DNA of 16,143 nucleotides from a virus: the IMG/VR virus record IMGVR_UViG_3300029373_000400, positions 1 through 16,143 of that record. The stretch is one strand, 5' to 3'. Shown piece by piece: positions 14,552-16,143 of the stretch. The translations under genes were made by a program, and so were the position numbers. Position 1 is the stretch's first letter. Each line of letters starts with the position of its first letter. Under the pieces are notes generated by a model that had not been told where the DNA came from, searched no databases, and was given only the letters and a program-made list of their open reading frames with translations.

Positions 14552-14950
14552 GTGGAAGAAGTAATTAGATCAATCCAACTATTCTTAGTAATATGTGGTG
14601 GTGTTATCACAATCGGTGGTGCTTATAAGGTATTTCAAGATTGGCAAAAACCAAATAAAGATTTAAAAGCGATGGTTCTAAGACATGACGAATTGTTAAA
14701 ACAAGACAACGATAGAATTAAAAATATCGAAAAGTTAGTCATTTCACAAGAAGGTTTAAGTAATAAGCTAAATGAACACACTCGCATTTTATCTGAACAC
14801 GATAATCGTCTTGATGAAGATAAAGAAAGAAGTAATTTATTGCTTAAAGCAAATATTGCAATCTTGAATGGTCTGTTATCAGATGCAGATAAAGAAAAGC
14901 TAGTCGAAACTAGAAATGAAATTCAAGATTTTTTAGTAGAAAAAAATTAG
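14552..14950 (+). CDS. membrane-anchored coiled-coil protein of the lysis cassette (function unknown)
   Basis: GTG start with a weak SD (GGGTG). It has one N-terminal transmembrane helix (IQLFLVICGGVITIGGAY) followed by a charged helical region, and sits between the holin and the endolysin. Confidence 0.5.
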   Translation: MEEVIRSIQLFLVICGGVITIGGAYKVFQDWQKPNKDLKAMVLRHDELLKQDNDRIKNIEKLVISQEGLSNKLNEHTRILSEHDNRLDEDKERSNLLLKANIAILNGLLSDADKEKLVETRNEIQDFLVEKN

Positions 14951-15048
14951 GAGGAAAGAAATATAGAAGAAAAAGAAGTAAAATTTGAAGAATTATCAGA
15001 AGAAGCTCAAACAGAATTGAGTAATGGTAAAGAAGAAGGTGAAGAAGA

Positions 15049-16143
15049 ATGTCATATTCAAGCTTAGCAAATAAATATATTCCTGCTAGTGCAGATAACT
15101 ATATGCGTGGTCGTGGAGGATATAAGATTTGTAAAATCACACCTCATCACATGGCTTGCAAATGGACCGCAGAACGATGCGCTCAGTCATTCCAAGTAAG
15201 CGGAAGAATGGCTAGCGCAAACTATTGTATTGGTTCAGATGGTACTATCGTTGCAAATGTTGACGAAGAGAATCGTGCATGGACATCATCAAACTACTAC
15301 AACGATTGCCAATCAATTACAATTGAAATTGCTAATGATAATACAGATACGTGGACAATCTCACCAAAAGCATGGAATGCATTAGTAAATCTATGCGTGG
15401 ATGTATGTAAACGATATGGATTCAGATTGAATTATACTGGTGACTCAACGGGTAGTTTAACAGAGCATAGAATGTTCGCAGCTACATCTTGCCCAGGCCC
15501 TTATTTACATTCGAAAATGCCTCAATTAGCACAAGAAGTAAATGCTAGATTGGATGGTCAAACTGTAGCACCAAGTGCTCCAAGTACTCCAAACACTCCA
15601 AGTGATGAGAAGTATTCAGTCGGTATACCTATCTGCACAAATACATTAAGCGTTAACTGCTACGGAACTTCTAAAATTGTAAAAGGTGATTGGAGTGGTT
15701 CTATTGGCAGAGTCATTAAAGGTGCTAAATATCCGTATCGAGTAGACCGTAATGGTGTAGCGATTGGATGGACTAATGATGCTGGTATTGATACAGACCC
15801 TCACACACCAGTTGGAGCAACACAGTCTAGTGCAGAAGCTATCGACCAAATCTTGCATGAAGGTAGCTATGTTACATCTGTGCATATGAAGATTGGTAAT
15901 CAAGGCTTGAAAAAGATTGGTGATGATTTATGTGCTTATCTTGCTCAATTAGGCGGTTGGTTTCCAATTCGTTTAGTCGACAAAGTACCTAATTCAGATG
16001 GATATAATGACAATGTATTGCATACCACAAATGCAGTAGTCTATGTATCTCGAATCAGAGTCGATGCAGTGAATGCTCAAAAGAATATTGTTAAAATTGG
16101 CGGTATTTGGGTTGACCCAACACCATTAACAGAAATTGCATAA
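15049..16143 (+). CDS. endolysin: N-acetylmuramoyl-L-alanine amidase (Amidase_2/PGRP fold) with a C-terminal wall-binding region
   Basis: The N-terminal ~165 aa carry ITPHHMA, ANYCIGSDG, EENRAWTSS and TEHRMFAATSCPGPY (the zinc-ligand His/His/Cys pattern of Amidase_2). A Pro/Ser/Thr linker (APSAPSTPNTPS) precedes a ~180-aa beta-rich C-terminal region. The ORF ends with TAA at the window end. Confidence 0.9.
   Translation: MSYSSLANKYIPASADNYMRGRGGYKICKITPHHMACKWTAERCAQSFQVSGRMASANYCIGSDGTIVANVDEENRAWTSSNYYNDCQSITIEIANDNTDTWTISPKAWNALVNLCVDVCKRYGFRLNYTGDSTGSLTEHRMFAATSCPGPYLHSKMPQLAQEVNARLDGQTVAPSAPSTPNTPSDEKYSVGIPICTNTLSVNCYGTSKIVKGDWSGSIGRVIKGAKYPYRVDRNGVAIGWTNDAGIDTDPHTPVGATQSSAEAIDQILHEGSYVTSVHMKIGNQGLKKIGDDLCAYLAQLGGWFPIRLVDKVPNSDGYNDNVLHTTNAVVYVSRIRVDAVNAQKNIVKIGGIWVDPTPLTEIA

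Noticed and set aside
14948-14950. TAG reassignment (alternative genetic code), suggested by the open frame after the TAG stop.
   Set aside because: TAG also terminates ORFs 21-293, 1311-1694, 13963-14211 and 14268-14540. Each of these is followed by a normal intergenic spacer with an SD and a new start, so TAG behaves as a genuine stop here.
1-16143. CRISPR arrays, tRNA or rRNA genes, and IS or transposon ends.
   Set aside because: No regularly spaced direct repeats, cloverleaf-compatible segments or terminal inverted repeats with a transposase were seen. The window is almost fully occupied by phage late genes.

Overview
AT-rich window carrying the late (tail morphogenesis plus lysis) module of a siphovirus-type phage or prophage of a low-GC Gram-positive (Bacillota-like) host. 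On the + strand the gene order is: HK97-gp10-like neck protein, tail terminator-like protein, phi13/TP901-1-type major tail protein, tail assembly chaperone pair with a predicted -1 frameshift, 940-aa tape measure, enlarged distal tail protein (Dit), 1292-aa Tal-type tail tip protein with coiled coil and CBM-like module, and a 619-aa fibre/baseplate receptor-binding candidate. Further downstream are a small ASCH/DUF3850-like gene, a holin, a membrane-anchored coiled-coil protein and an Amidase_2 endolysin. The standout region is 11848-13919. The last 90 codons of the 619-aa fibre gene are followed by three promoterless, RBS-less paralogous C-terminal cassettes in alternating orientation (-, +, -). 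Each cassette is preceded by a copy of a 13-bp core (GTATGTCYTTTAC-like) that also occurs, in the same reading phase, inside the fibre gene. A 297-aa tyrosine recombinase gene ends 2 bp beyond the last core. I read this as a shufflon-like multi-inversion system that can swap four alternative fibre tips. It resembles the Mu Gin/G and P1 Cin/C host-range switches in logic but uses an Rci/Xer-like tyrosine recombinase rather than a serine invertase. All functional calls come from reading the translations and motifs by eye; no database search was run.
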